Under the pieces are notes generated by a model that worked only from the letters and a program-made list of their open reading frames with translations, was not told the DNA's origin and did no database searches. A DNA stretch of 64,000 nucleotides from assembly GCF_964204865.1 (NCBI RefSeq), contig NC_135251.1, forward strand, positions 12,896,001 through 12,960,000, written 5' to 3'. Positions 1 through 13,900 of this stretch are shown one piece after another. Positions within the stretch are counted from its first letter, which is position 1, and the number at the start of each line of letters is the position of its first letter. This DNA is from Styela clava. Taxonomy: Eukaryota. A program made the translations under genes and the position numbers.

Positions 1-733
1 TAATGCCTCTTCAGGTATTGATTCATCTTAGTGCTCTGTGCCCGCCATTATCGATGATAATAATTGCAGTTTTATTGGACACAAACATACGATGGAAGTG
101 ACTTATTTGCTTTATAGTCGAGATAGTTTTATCTCAGAATTTCTAATCCCAGATATAACAATCGATTTCATGAATTCTTATCTTATACACACAATCTATC
201 ACCTGATGTGATTATACAGTAATTCAAAGCAGATTCATAATAATCATTCATCTAAAATGTCAACAAAATATATGATAGTATATTCACATTTGGGTTTTTC
301 TCAACATTTTTTTCTGCTGGGAATTCACAATCTGTGTTGTTGTGTGTATATAATAAGATTTTTACTGAAACCTTAGGCAGATTAAAACAGGACGTATTGA
401 GATGCTGCAAGTATGTTTATTATAAACTTGGATCTAAAGCATATGTAGTATCCATGTATGCATAAATTTTTGTAACTGCTCTAAAATATTGTAAAAATCT
501 TCATATTGGGTAAAATGTGAAGTGAAATGCTATACATTATCCACCCTAAGGTAAATTTGATGCACGCCCTACATTGTACAGGTAACAATATGTACTGCTG
601 CATATACTTCACTACTTGATGGCTTCGGGCATGGCAGGAAATAAGGAGTGCATTAGTTTTTAGTATAGTGATATTAAAAATTGAAAAAGACGAGCAGTTT
701 CACATTCATCAATGCTTTTATTATTATTGATAG

Positions 734-3700
734 GTTACCACCAGAAGCTACCAGTCCAAAATTACGTTGGAAAAACTTGACAACAACGACGAAGCAAAAC
801 AACGAGCTGACACAGCAGTTTTGGAAGCAAGGAAAACAATTGAATCTGTCAAGAAACAGATTCGACATGAATATGAGTTTGGAGGACCATTCGGAATTTT
901 GTTCCAGTATCTGTTTACTCCACTTGCAATCATTGCATTGTTATCATGCTGTTCTTACAACAAATGTGAATTGTATACGGTAATCTGAATTCATAATGTC
1001 AGGAGTATTAGATACACAAAATTGAATTCATCGATGTTTTTATGATAAATTATTCTCTTTGCCAATTTCCGAGTTTGATGTAGTATAATAACATATATTA
1101 CACTACATAACATATAATATTATTTTGCAGCCGAGAAGATCATATTAAAATATCTAAAAAAAGTTATTCAAACCCAATTTTTTTTGACTGAATTAAATAT
1201 CATATGTCAAATTTCACTGAAGTTCATTATATACGGTAATGCAGGTATATAATGCATTTGTTTTATATGTTTAAAAAAAATTTATTATTGAACTTTGAAT
1301 AAGAAATTTGGATTTTTTTGTTTTTCATTCAACGTATCAATACACCTCTTGGTTTGAACAATGCTTTCCACAAGCCACTGCTATGAAGCTACTCTATTTT
1401 GGAAGGACCAGGGTCTTTACTGTTCGTCATTTCGCTAACCCAATTGATTTACCGAGGGTGGGGAGGTGGACATGGGTTTCGACCCTGAGATTTGAATCTG
1501 CAATGTTGTCACAGTTAACAATGCTTAACCATATTAAGGCCACCTATATGTCTATTATCATATTATTCATTTTTCATGCCGATATTGCATTTTTAGTTCT
1601 CACTGACCAAAATACCCCAAACTCTGAAGGCATACTACGATCCAACTGCCATTCTGATCGTTGTCGAGTACTTTTTATTTCATGCCTTCGTATACTCTCT
1701 ACCTCTCGGACAAATTGTTGAAGGACCAAGGACATATTCTGGAAGCAAGACGGAATATAGGATTAGTGGTAAGTAGCACTCTACAAATTTCATTTCTCAG
1801 CTACCGTATATACTATTTATCATTGAGAGTTGCATGTCTTACTATTATCCACTTCTACATATACAACATAAATTCTTATTGCTTTGTCTATGTCTGAACT
1901 GCGGCGTCATGAAAAATACCCTATTCATGCAAAACCAAAAATGACTCATCTTCAAAATAAAACAATAGTGGTATCGTTTTATTGGCCAAGTGTAGTTTAC
2001 ATTCGAAATAGGTTTTGTTTATTCTTCATTTTTATATTCATAGGTTTGAATGTTTTTTCCATTTTTTGAGTCACAGATAAACTATTTGTTAGCGTGTTAT
2101 ACCAATAATGGTCCGTAGTAGGCTATGTAATATGATTCTCATTCTGTTATATGTGGTGATACTGTGTTGTTTATCTTCAAACCAATCTTACTTCTGGCAA
2201 TGATTCAAAAAGATCTCATTTGTGATATAGAATTTGAACGGTTTAAAGTTTCTCTTGGGGATGTTCAAAACAAAATAATTTACCATTGTAAAATAATATA
2301 TTAAAAAATAATATTTTCAAATATGGGATATTGTAAAAATATTAGATCATGTTAAAAAAAAATATGTACAAGTCCTACCTATATTCAATGATTTTGAAAT
2401 TCGGAAAAAAAAAAAGTAGAGATGAACAATGATTTGATTGGTTTTTAATTTTTATTTGCAGTTTTCAGAAATAAAATGGTTTTTTTAGTCATACTAAAAT
2501 GATAATTTTTTAAATGAAACTCTTGTATATTATTCCCAAGTTCTAGATTTCAAAGTATACTACTATCGAATTCCACTCAATTCAAAATCATTTTGGACTC
2601 TTGTTTTATTTCAACATGGCAAGAAATATTTTTTTTTAATCGTCATTGCGCTCTTTATAAAACTTATTTTTTATTTTTTTCAGCTTTCTACACTCTCCTG
2701 CTCACAATTCTAGGATATTCAGCACTGCTGTATTTTAGGTATCCTGTCACAATCATCTATGATAAATTGCTGCCTATTGCCACCACTTCAATTGTATTTT
2801 GCTATGTTTTCAACATATTGATCCATTTCAAGGTGAGGCACAAAAAATGTTGAAAATTTCCTTGTGTGATTTTGTTTTTAATGAAAGTCTTATAATACAT
2901 GAAATTTTGTCGATAAAATTTGAAGTTTATGATCTCCGAAACGACATTTTCAGTCGCTATTTGATAGGGCTGTCCAAAATCGAATAATTTTTTGATTCGA
3001 ATCGAATATTTTCGCCGAATCGAATCTAATAATCGAATATTATTGCGCAATATTAAATCTATCTCTATTATACAATAAACGCCTGCCCTTCGATGTTGTG
3101 GTAACGTATGTGCAGTTACATCTTACTTACTGCTGGTATTTTGCAATACAATGTTTTCACACGCTTGTATGAACTTGTCAAAAAATTGGAGGACTCCTAA
3201 ATTTGGGTCTCGAAAACTGTTGAGTGTTAAGAGTAAAAATTGCACTATTCAAAAATTGCAATCTCAATTTTGATGGATTCAGTTTTAATAGGACATGTTA
3301 AGCCTGTAGATGCTATTTTAATCCTATTCACTAGTCTTATGTTTTTTTGTGTAAATTTCAGCAAAATAATAACAGCCATCAATATAGATAAAACTGTTGC
3401 TAAAGTTCAAAATTGCATTTAAAATTTCCAAGCTAGTTTGATGACAATATTATTTGACGACTATAATATTGTTAGTGTACAACAGCCATCAAAATGCAAG
3501 AGTGCAATTATTTGTCTTGGTATATAGATGGATAATACAGTAATGCCATCATAAGAAATTACAAATTCCATTCAAAGAAGGTATTGCCATCATAAGGATC
3601 CCAAAACACCTGTTTCAGCTTTGAGTTGCCTGTAACATGTTCCTATGATAACTAACTCAACAGCTTCAAATCGATTCTATTTATAGAACTATCGTTTTCT

Positions 3701-6700
3701 AAATTGTCTCCTTTTCTCCTTGTTCTCTCTCAAAAACGTCATGACCAATTATACCTTGTTACGATGACCATGCATGAAATGACTAATCACGTGCCACCGA
3801 GCGGGCATTAGTAATGACATGTTTATCACAAAATGAAGGCAAGAGAAATATCGGGAAACCAATTAAGCCGGGAGCGAGAGTGGTCTGAGCTCGGAGCGCC
3901 GCCGCTTGCCCGATGAAAAACATCCCGTAAAGGTGGTTTCCGCTTTATGTACAGGTACCTAATTTTAGCGATTCGAAAATTAGCCGAAAAACGATTCGAA
4001 TAATTTGCGATTCGATTCGATTTCGAATATTTGGTTCGCTTGGACAGCCCTACTTGACAATATTTGAAATTCGACCTATTTACACAAAATTTTTAGAAAC
4101 TTTCAGGCGTTAAACCCACCCATTTACTGTCACCTACCAATTTATCATCTCCTGGCTGTCTTGGTCATATTGACATTAACTGCTTTGATTCTCGTATCAC
4201 TTGGTATTTGTAACTCACAATTCTACACTTTGCCTCTTCTTAGTCTCAGTAGCTTTTTGCTTAAGTGATTTCCTCTGACTTCACTCAGAGATCAGTCTCC
4301 TTTTTTCTGAGGATCAAGAACTATTTTAATGGAAATAACATTCGTCCTGTATTTTGTTTCAGTCATACTTTGCCAGTGAATCTGAATTGAATCCTCGAGC
4401 AAACACAGGATGCACGATATACGATGTGTTCATGGGACGAGAATTGCATCCTAGATTTGGAAGATATTATCAACTGAAACTTCTCGTCTACAGACCTGGA
4501 GTTACTGCATGGGTATTTCATTGTTATTTTTTATCATTTAATATTATTATATATAATTGAGCTAATGGAAAATGGGAATATAGCAAACCACTGGTCCAAG
4601 CATCACAAAGTGACTTGTCATGTTTTTTAGTGGCATGAATTATCGCAAAAATGTACTAACATTTCAGTGGTGATGAAATTTAAAAAATAAGTTTGGCCCT
4701 GATTCACTATAACAATAGTATATTTGTTGCAGTATACCGGTATGCATTTTTACAGACCTATGCTTTCTCACATGGATTTAGGTATAAGTTGGCAATGTTA
4801 AACCATAATGATTTCGTTCCTTCTCAATAATATTTGCTTCTAGTGTATCAGTGGCTGCATATTAAGGTCTTTGTTTGCTGTGAAAACTCAATTTTATATA
4901 CGTGCCAGATTCTCATGACATCATTTTTCAGATTCTGATGAATCTCATATACTTACAAAAAGAGCTTGCACAAAGCGGAACAATCCGACCATCATTGGCT
5001 GTCGTCTCTGGTTTTCAGATCTTCTATTGCGTCTTTGTTTTCTTCTGGGATGAGGTAAGAAGTAAATTTCAGAAAAAGTTGAACAGTAAATATATACAGC
5101 CAGTTATACTTCTGAAATGCCTGATGAGCCACAGTGAGGCCTTGAGCAGTTTCTATATAAATTTGATTTGATTGAAAATTTATAGCATTGGAAGACAATG
5201 CGAGTTTATTAGGACCCTGTCCTTTTTCAATATATAGAATAGTATAGTTTTTATGAATAAATGTCCCCACTGCAAATAAACTGTGCCCTGGCGTAGTTGA
5301 TTTTATCTGTATACAGTATTGCCATGTTGTTTGCATACAATTAAGGCTCGATTCTTACAATATTTGAACTTGGAAGAAATGTGTGCGAGCAAATTTTTGC
5401 ATCTTTCAATATCACACTATCCAAATTTCCATATTTTGTTATTTCAGGCACAAACAATCTACACTTTCGACATCAAGTACGAAGGCCTAGGTTTCCAAAC
5501 ATTGATTGGCAACCTTGTGATTGTTCCGTACATTTATACAATGCATGCTCGATACCTTGTTGAACATCCAAAAGCTGCCCTCATACCAACACCTATATTG
5601 GTTACTGCTGTTGCTCTATTAGGTAAGGAAAACTGGAGAAGTGGCAGAGAAGACCTAACACTTTTCGTTTGAATTTTTTCTTGTTGTTGCTCATTGTTTC
5701 GTTGATTATGGGGTTTGACATATCCACAGCCTACTGGTAAAGATCTCAGTTTGATATTTCATGCGTAACAATCAACAAATTGACTCATTCCTCAGTTTGA
5801 TGTCCAGACACTTTGTCTGAACTGAGATGGGAAAAGCGAATGAGATATTTTTACTGCAAGTCTGCTATATATTCAAGAAAAGCCTTATCAAAACCTGTAT
5901 TTTGTATGTTAGTGTATTTTAAAATTAAGCTCAGGTAAAGAAGAGTATTTTGTGATATTTTTATTTCTGTCAATTTACCTGACAGTTTTTTTAATACTAT
6001 TTTTTTAAACAGTTCTCGGCGTTGCTCTTGTTCTGCTTTCAGGATACCAGAAGACTTATTTCAGGCAAAACCCATATGACCCAAGTCTGTCAGGTAAGTT
6101 ATTTAATTGTATTTGTATATATTCAGATATCGGCACTCCAGAAGTGTATGTACCAATATGGAGGTAACTAATGTTGTTTGCCTACTTTACATCAAGTTAT
6201 GTAAAGGGACCGAAACCTATGGGCAGGGGGATATATTAACTTGGCTAACACAGACAGTCTCTGAACTCGTAATAGAACTAAAATAAGGAAAATCGGAATA
6301 AAGTTATGGCCTAACCCTAACCTGGTACACAATTTCTAGTCTTTGATATATATATGTTATATCTTTTAGCACTGGAGAGCATCCCGCCATACAGGAAAGG
6401 AGGTAGAAGACTGATTGTATCCGGTTACTGGGGATTTGTCAGGCACCCAAATTATTTGGGGGAGATTCTCCTCGGTATTGGATATGGGCTGATGTGTGGT
6501 AAGTTTAAAAATATGAAATATTTGAAGTGTTGTTTTTGGGATCAAAAAACTTGTCATCTCTATATAGATACAACTACAAAAAATGAATTATATTTTGTAT
6601 AAAATGCTATTTTATCTTCCTTTCCTAGGTTTTTCGGATGTCTTTCCATGGATATACGCCATCTTCGTGTTCGGCCTTCTATCTCATCGTGCTCTACGTG

Positions 6701-6789
6701 ACGAAGTCAGATGTCAAGAAGTTCATGGTCGTGCATGGGATGAATACTGTAGGAGAGTTCCCTACCGCATTGTGCCATACGTGTTTTAA
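734..6789 (+). CDS. LBR: Lamin B receptor / delta14-sterol reductase (ERG4/ERG24 family), 5'-incomplete; 9 exons: 734-979, 1597-1768, 2684-2832, 4363-4512, 4932-5054, 5448-5622, 6013-6093, 6370-6498, 6629-6789 (461 aa in window)
   Basis: GT-AG exons join in frame and give family motifs EYEFGGPFG, LPLGQIVEG, IYDVFMGRELHPR, LIVSGYWGFVRHPNYLGE and the C-terminal WDEYCRRVPYRIVPYVF*. A charged extension before EFGG that continues upstream favours LBR over TM7SF2, but the symbol is tentative. Confidence 0.85.
2965..4052. mobile_element. Non-autonomous hAT-like element (~1.09 kb) in LBR intron
   Basis: 13-bp TIRs TAGGGCTGTCCAA / TTGGACAGCCCTA; clustered subterminal ATTCGA/TCGAAT repeats at both ends; TSD degraded; no ORF. 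Confidence 0.75.
6132..6331 (+). mobile_element. MITE family C (Merlin-like), right TIR truncated
   Basis: GGCACTCCAGAAGTGTATGTACCAATATGGAGGTAACT...CCTAACCCTAACCTGGTACAC matches 8 other copies in the window. Confidence 0.8.
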
Positions 6790-7361
6790 CCTTCAAGTGA
6801 CATAATATGTTATGTCGACAAAGTTCCTCAAATTTTTGAGAATGATATGAATGTTTGCTCAGAAGGTGCCTTTCACTGACTGATTGGTATAGGATTTTTT
6901 AGCAGAATATGTCGTAAAGGTTTTTCTTTATTATTGAGGGCTATTATTTGTGGAATTGTTGGGAGCATAGCTTGTTTTAGTTCGCCAAGAATTAAAACAT
7001 TCTGAATTTATTTTTCATCAAGAGACGACTATTCAGTGAAATACATTTTTCTGAAATTAAAGTGATTTTCTGCAATTTTAGTTTGCAGTTGTTTATTAAT
7101 GTATTGTGTCGTGAACAATTTTTGTTTAGTTTTAAAGAAAATGAATTGGCTACTTTTGATACATAACTACTATATGTTATATTGTCTATATTTGCATTCT
7201 ATTCAGTGAAGTCAATATTTCTATTTTAGTATGATTTTCATCCATTTAGATAGGTCATTCCGTACTTAGGGTCCTTTCATTGATATATTTTGCTACCCGA
7301 CACATAACGAAACCATGGCATTTTATTTTTCTGTTGTGTTTAGATCATTCCAAAGTTGCAT

Positions 7362-7505
7362 ACTTGTGATTGAATTAGTTTTCAAACATCCTGTTTTCAT
7401 GTTCTGTTTCTTGGGGTTAACCACTGATGTACCACTTGTGATTGAATTAGTTTTCAAACATCCTGTTTTCATGTTCTGTTTCTTGGGGTTAACCACTGAT
7501 GTACC
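7362..7505. repeat. Perfect 72-bp tandem duplication in putative LBR 3' UTR
   Basis: ACTTGTGATTGAATTAG...CCACTGATGTACC occurs at 7362-7433 and 7434-7505 with no mismatch. Confidence 0.95.
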
Positions 7506-8049
7506 AACATCACAATTTTGCTTATATCAGTCAATCTTGTATTGCTATAAGTGAATATCCTTAGAAACTGACGTTTTTGTGAAAAGTGCAAAGGCGCTGC
7601 TGACACAGTATTTCAATTATATAGATACCAAAGATCACCAGTGGATAAACGTCAAAAATGATGTTGAAAATTTTGACACATTTAGGGATGATCAAAATAT
7701 TTTTCATACATTTCAGATCTCCCTTGAAATGTTTGCGCATTAGAATTTCGTTCATACAAGTTCATTTACAGATGCAATTTTGCTAGGATTAGTTCTTTTC
7801 CACGACAATCATTAACAGACCAATTAGTCAACCCCATTTGTACTAAAGATTCAATATTTACTTGGCTTTAACTCACCTTGTCCACGAAAATTTATTGGAG
7901 ACAAATTTCAAATTGTTTTGTCAAATAATCATGTTAATGCTGTTTTTTAACTTGATATCTTTTGCTAATATATTTTCTTGAAAGATCCTAATAACCCTAT
8001 ATTTGATATGTCTTCTTGTGAAGACTGTAAATTTGTTTTAAGTGATTGA

Positions 8050-8055
8050 AATAAA
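8050..8055 (+). promoter_or_regulatory. Candidate polyadenylation signal for LBR
   Basis: AATAAA about 1.26 kb after the stop codon, followed by a T-rich tract. Confidence 0.35.
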
Positions 8056-8788
8056 GCTGTGTTCCAACTTTCAACCATACCAAACTTATTTCCTTTTTCA
8101 CATTTTGTTATTTGTTCATTTTTGGTTGCGTTGGCAAGTTTTTTGAATCACTAGATTTTTGAACACCTGCCCTCATTTGCATCTATGTGTATGGAAATGC
8201 GGCCTAATCTTAGTTAGTAAATCATTATCCAGACCTTAACATTTATTGAAATAATCGCACATGGACCAAAATTTTCAATAAATGCAAATGCAAACTTAAT
8301 AAAAATTTATTGTGCTTTGCATTTTATTGAAATTTTGTACTACCTGACATTCATCGAAATGAGTCACGGATACGATTTTTATACTTTAGATTACTTAGAT
8401 AATAGTTTTAGAATTAATTGTGAGGTTTAAATTTTTTTTTCACACTGCCTTTGAGATAAACATGTTAGTTAGAACATATCATCTTTATCAGTTCATAACC
8501 TTTCGAACATTTTTTAGTCAGACTCATTACAAAAAAAGATGCAAAACTAACTTGGTAATTGCATTGAAATAGGTTATTTATCAAAATAATTTTTTTTTGT
8601 TTAGTGCACAATAAATAACATGTTGCTAAGACTGAGGTTTCCTTGGTTTCAATCCGATACGATTAATCATCTTGTAATAAACTGCCTAGGAACTGACGGT
8701 GTTTTTCAGCATACTACGTCAATGATTGGAAAAACTCAGTTTAAACATTGGTCTCACATGATAGACTTATTCAAGCTGTTTCCCGGGC

Positions 8789-8909
8789 GGGCAGGGGCTA
8801 TATTCACTTGGCTAACACAAACAGTTCCAAACTCGTAATAGAACTAAAATAATAAAAAAAATTGGAATAAAATTATGCCCTAACCTGGTACACACACAAC
8901 GGGAGTACC
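8789..8909 (+). mobile_element. MITE family C, right half
   Basis: TATATTCACTTGGCTAACACA...CCCTAACCTGGTACACAC...GGGAGTACC is shared with the other copies. Confidence 0.75.
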
Positions 8910-10917
8910 TTATTTTGTACATATTTTTGTCAACCATGCTGTTGTTTATAATGTTAGCCAGATATGCTATGAATTCAAACAAAATCTGAATATTTGACCA
9001 ATGAACTTTTGCCGACTGCATTATTGATTAGATTTAGTAATCGCAAATAATCTTTGAGTTGGAGTTTTGAAAATTTTATAAATTGAGTAAAAAACTATTT
9101 GTGATGATACATTTGTAAATAAAAGTATTTCATAAATTTTGTTTGATGAATAATTGTAAATTGGGATAATTAGTCTGTCTGCAAATGGGTTTGATTTCAG
9201 TGTCTTGTAAATATTCAACTTATCAAAATCATCCCAGCAAGGAATACCAAATCATTGTAGTTGACCTAGGTAGTGATGGGATTCAAATTTTTGAAAGTGG
9301 GTTCTCTTTTGTATCTCTCTCTTACTGACAACAAGTCCATCATTTCAGAAAACCATGTCTAGCCCTAAACACAATACACCACTGAATGTGTGTGATGACT
9401 ATATAAAATTCTATCAATGAATGACGCTCTCTGTAGTCAGCTTCCCCAAAGCCTACTACCCACATTTTCCTTCATAATTAGATTTCTTTGCTTGCAAAGA
9501 TAAAACAGATGAACATCCATCCCTCGTAAAATTGAAAAAGCAGCAACGCTTGGACTCCATTAAATGCTCGGAAGACAGCATTCTCGAGTCTATCTGAACC
9601 TAGCAAGCCATATATCAACTGATTTTGATAACACCATGAATGGGACTGCCAGAAAAAAATTTTGACTTGTCGGTGTCGATCCTACCATCTCAAAAGATTT
9701 ATAATAACCAAAAATATGGCTTTGAGACACTAAAAGCTCATCTTAACCTAAACACAAAGAACAGGCAACATAATTGGATAGTCACCGAGTATAGATTGAT
9801 AATAATCAGTGATTACAACGCAGATAATAATTATTCTAATAATGAAGATGAAATGAAAGTTTACAAAGTGTAGCACACTGCAACAGGAATAACTTAACTG
9901 GTTCTCACAACAACATAGAATGAAAATATTTTCACATTGCTGAGAAATCCACAATAAAAGTATTGATTTCTTCATGTCCTTACTTTAACAACGATATCTG
10001 GACCTTGTAATACTTTCATCTTCAATGATAAGGGATTGAGCTCATTTATGCAGTACAGGTTAGTTTTCACAAAATGGTTCGTAATGATCAGCCACGTAGG
10101 ACCGAAGTTATGAAGTCAAGTTTCAACTTATCTCAAATAGGTTCGGTCACTCGACAGGGTGGGCTCTAAATGACCGACCAGGCGGATCAATAAAAAAACA
10201 CTCCCATTTCAAACACGCCGAGAACTGCGACAGGAATGCAAGCTTCACAACTCAAGAGTTCTCTCCCGGTTGCACCACCTGTTCTCAGACCACGATAATC
10301 CAATAAACAAAACATTTATTAATAAACCTTTTATTATTGCACAAATATATTATTTTACTGTAATAGGTGAATGGGCGTAAATTACAATATACAGCGAAGA
10401 GGAAAATTAGCGAATAATAAACTCGACCACGGCACCACTTATGATGATAGTAAAAGAGATTGTGTCATTACTGTACTAGTATGTAAAAACAGGGTTTGAA
10501 ATTTGTGTGTTCAACTGTTGATAACCTGACTGGATAAACATGGCAGAACAAAAAGTTTGTTAGAATTACAATAATGGTTACGCCTTTATGCAAAAGTTAC
10601 ACGGCAAATAGCCAGGCATATCATTACTCATAAAGTTAGATACAAGCAAAAAGGCTAACTATAAATAGCTTTAGTATATGGTATTTAAGCATATACATAT
10701 GCATATAAAATGCATCACAGATGCATACGAGTTGGGAATGTAAAGCAGCATTACATGTGATCACATCTATGATAAAACATGTATTCTCTGTTTACATACA
10801 TAAAAAAATACCAATACGTCAGCACCGTAACCCAAACTGACTATATTTATCCAGAAAGTGCAAGAGTCAATATAAAATGCTACAGGGTAACTTCTTAAAA
10901 ATTAAAAACAATGAATT

Positions 10918-13900
10918 TTATCCATCATTGGGTAGACCGTGTTCTGCGTGATGTTCGATAACTTTGCCATCTTGTGATAAATGTCCTTGGTAGTCGTGTC
11001 CGTGAATTTCAGGTGAATAAGTGAGAAGTACAATCATAACCCATAAATGTAATAAACCCTGCAATAGAACGAATATAATTTTGAAAAATTATTTTTCCAG
11101 TTTAGGACTCTGATTTTACTGACAATTGTTTGACAGAAATGTATTTTAATATGAATTTGTTTTTGGCTGAAATAACTTTACTCCTTTGTAAAATTGTTAT
11201 TCAAAAATATCTTGATCCACTAAGCAATTATACTGATCATGATGGCATTGTGAGCAGAATCAAAATATACTATTTGAAACCAGTTTTCTCATCTCACAAG
11301 TCCTAAAACTGAGCCCTAACGACTGAAAAAACTGTATTTTTTATAATCATAACAAAAAGATTTGACTTGTTGTTCAAAAAGACTTAAAGACCTATTCAAA
11401 AAGACTTATTTTTAGAATTTGAAAATGCCTCCGGCTTCATGCACTTTTTATTAGGCAAATGATGTATTTGTATCTATGAGCACCAATTTCATGTTTTAAT
11501 CCCAAAAAATTCATAATACTTACCATATAAACAATAACAAACAGCCTTGCAATCGGATATCTTCTTAAAAACACACCGAGTCGAACACTAAAAGTAAAAT
11601 AATAAAATATTATTATTAAAAACAGGAAATGTTATATGAAATGGTAGTCCTATAGTAAACATTATGTCTAAGTAATGATTTTTTTCAATATATGTTTTTT
11701 TTTAACCTCAAAAATCATTTGCTTGGAGGTGTAGCGAATTGGTGTAATTATGCTGGCTCTATTTTAATATCTGAACAGATTTCCTTTGTAGAAAAAGCAT
11801 GATAAATCCCAAATTGTCACAAAATTTAATAAAATTGTGATTTTATTCAAAATGGTCTTTTTTCTGTGACATTAATTCTGAATTTTGTTGAAAACTAATT
11901 TTTTGAACATTTTCCTTGAATCGAGAAAAAATTTCCAATTCCCAACCCTAGTTTTATAGTTGTGATATAAGCGAAGGCTAAAATTCCAACATACAGCCAT
12001 TTTAAATCATAAACAAAGAACAAACTTTGTTACCTGAAGCGATCAACTGCTGAAGCCGCTTTTCTGACATGACCAACAACCCCATGATCAGTTCCATTGG
12101 AAAAATTAAACATTGTAGAACCGCCAGTATGTCTGTTGTGGACACCAGCACTCTCACCCCCATCGTTTGATGCTGCTTGTATTTGTGTACTATTTTCTTG
12201 GCTAAGTCTCTTGATTTGTCCCTGTATTTGAAATAGTTTGTGGTATAATATAAGAAAAAATTGTAGAGATAGTCTAACATAATAGTGGGATAAGGATAAT
12301 TTGCAGTTTTTCATCAAAAGAGGGTGTTCTAAAAATTTTTAGATCGTAACAGCTAATACGCCCCTGATCACCATATATAAATATATATATGTACATTGTG
12401 ATGACAAGTGGGGTACATTGCCTGACATTTCAATAATTGATAATTCAACACTGAAGACTGAACTTCATACCTCCATTCAACTGATGGGTACCTGCAAAAT
12501 TGCTCATTAGGCTCTGATTAAATTCCTGTCTCAAAGGAGTGTATGAGAAAATTAAGAATTCATTATTCTGGATGTACTATCAAATCTGTGATATTTTACA
12601 CAGACAAAACAGAGCATATTAGGGTTATATGTATTTAGGAATATAACCTGAAAAAGTCATTGCTTTGATGACTGTCTTTGAAACAGTCATATTTATGGTT
12701 TATCAGGTCTTGGGTGTCTAAAATAACCAGTGTAGTTAAATTTAGCCCAGGCCATCCGTTTCAGTAAATAGACGCAAATACCTCAGCTCTTTCCAATTGT
12801 AGAACCATTGAGCTTTTCTCCGTTGCCAATGTCTCTACAAGAGTTTGTTTTTGAATCAATGTTTCTGTGAGTTGTCGCAACCTGGATTCCAACTCTGATT
12901 CATCAGGTGCATTTCGACTTTTCATCATTAACTGCAGATTAAAAATGAATACAATCAGCGTTGCATAATTATTTCAGAAAGACTTTATAAGATATTCTCT
13001 GTCATAAAATGCAAAGTATGGATGGCATATTACTTTAATACTAATAAAAGTGACAAAAACAGTATCTTATTCTGTGCTTTTCTAATGATGCAAACCTGGG
13101 GTGAGCAACAGGCGGCCCGTGGGCCACAACTCGACCTTGTAAGTCATTTAGTGTGGTCCTTGTCAACACTGAGATTTTTCTCCACCAAACAGAAAATTCT
13201 AATCACAAAGTTTGTTTAAAGAAGGGCTCACTTGGGTATAAATACATAATGCTTTTTTAGTCACTGCGTTAAATCTTGCATTGTGATAAATTTTTTACTT
13301 CGTTGTGAACGTGGAAAACTGCCCAGCTTGATGTCTGCAGTTGGTTATATGGCCCACTGACAAAAAATGTTTCACATCCCTGTTGTAAACTATGCAGTAA
13401 GAACAGTATGCTGAGGCCATGTTTTATGATTTGTATTGATCGAAAATCTTTGACTCTTTTATCTGTCACACACATCATAATGGTGTTATATGATTTTATT
13501 GAGAAAGACTTTTTCCAAAAACCATCAATATACCAATGACCAACAATCTTTATGCATTTCTAGCTTGTACATTTTAATTAAGTCCTTCAGTTGATCAATA
13601 GCAGGATATTTAATAATAGTTATCAGATACAAACAAATGTAATCTAATATTTTGTCAGGCGTTCGATAAATAATTTGTTTCTCAGAAGTGAAGTCCAAAA
13701 TACTTCCAAATAATGCATTCTGTGCACTATATTAAAAAGCTGAATAATTCAATTCGTGAAACATCATTGTTACGAAACAATTCAATAAAATGGCAATACC
13801 TGACTTCTAAGTTTTTTGATTTCCTCATCTTTATCTTGTAGTCGTTCATTAGCAGCAGCTCGTGCTCTCGTTGCTTCTTCTTTTGATCTTCTCAAATCCT

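Noticed and set aside
381-410. Possible 30-nt LBR micro-exon (IKTGRIEMLQ) between CAG and GTATGT
   Set aside because: The phase is compatible, but the polypyrimidine tract is weak and there is no homology support.
7362-7505. CRISPR-like direct repeat
   Set aside because: Two abutting copies with no spacer, in a eukaryotic context.
9200-10280. Coding-looking DNA between the convergent LBR and GOLGA5 3' ends
   Set aside because: Only short ORFs, with no recognisable domain or consistent splice chain.
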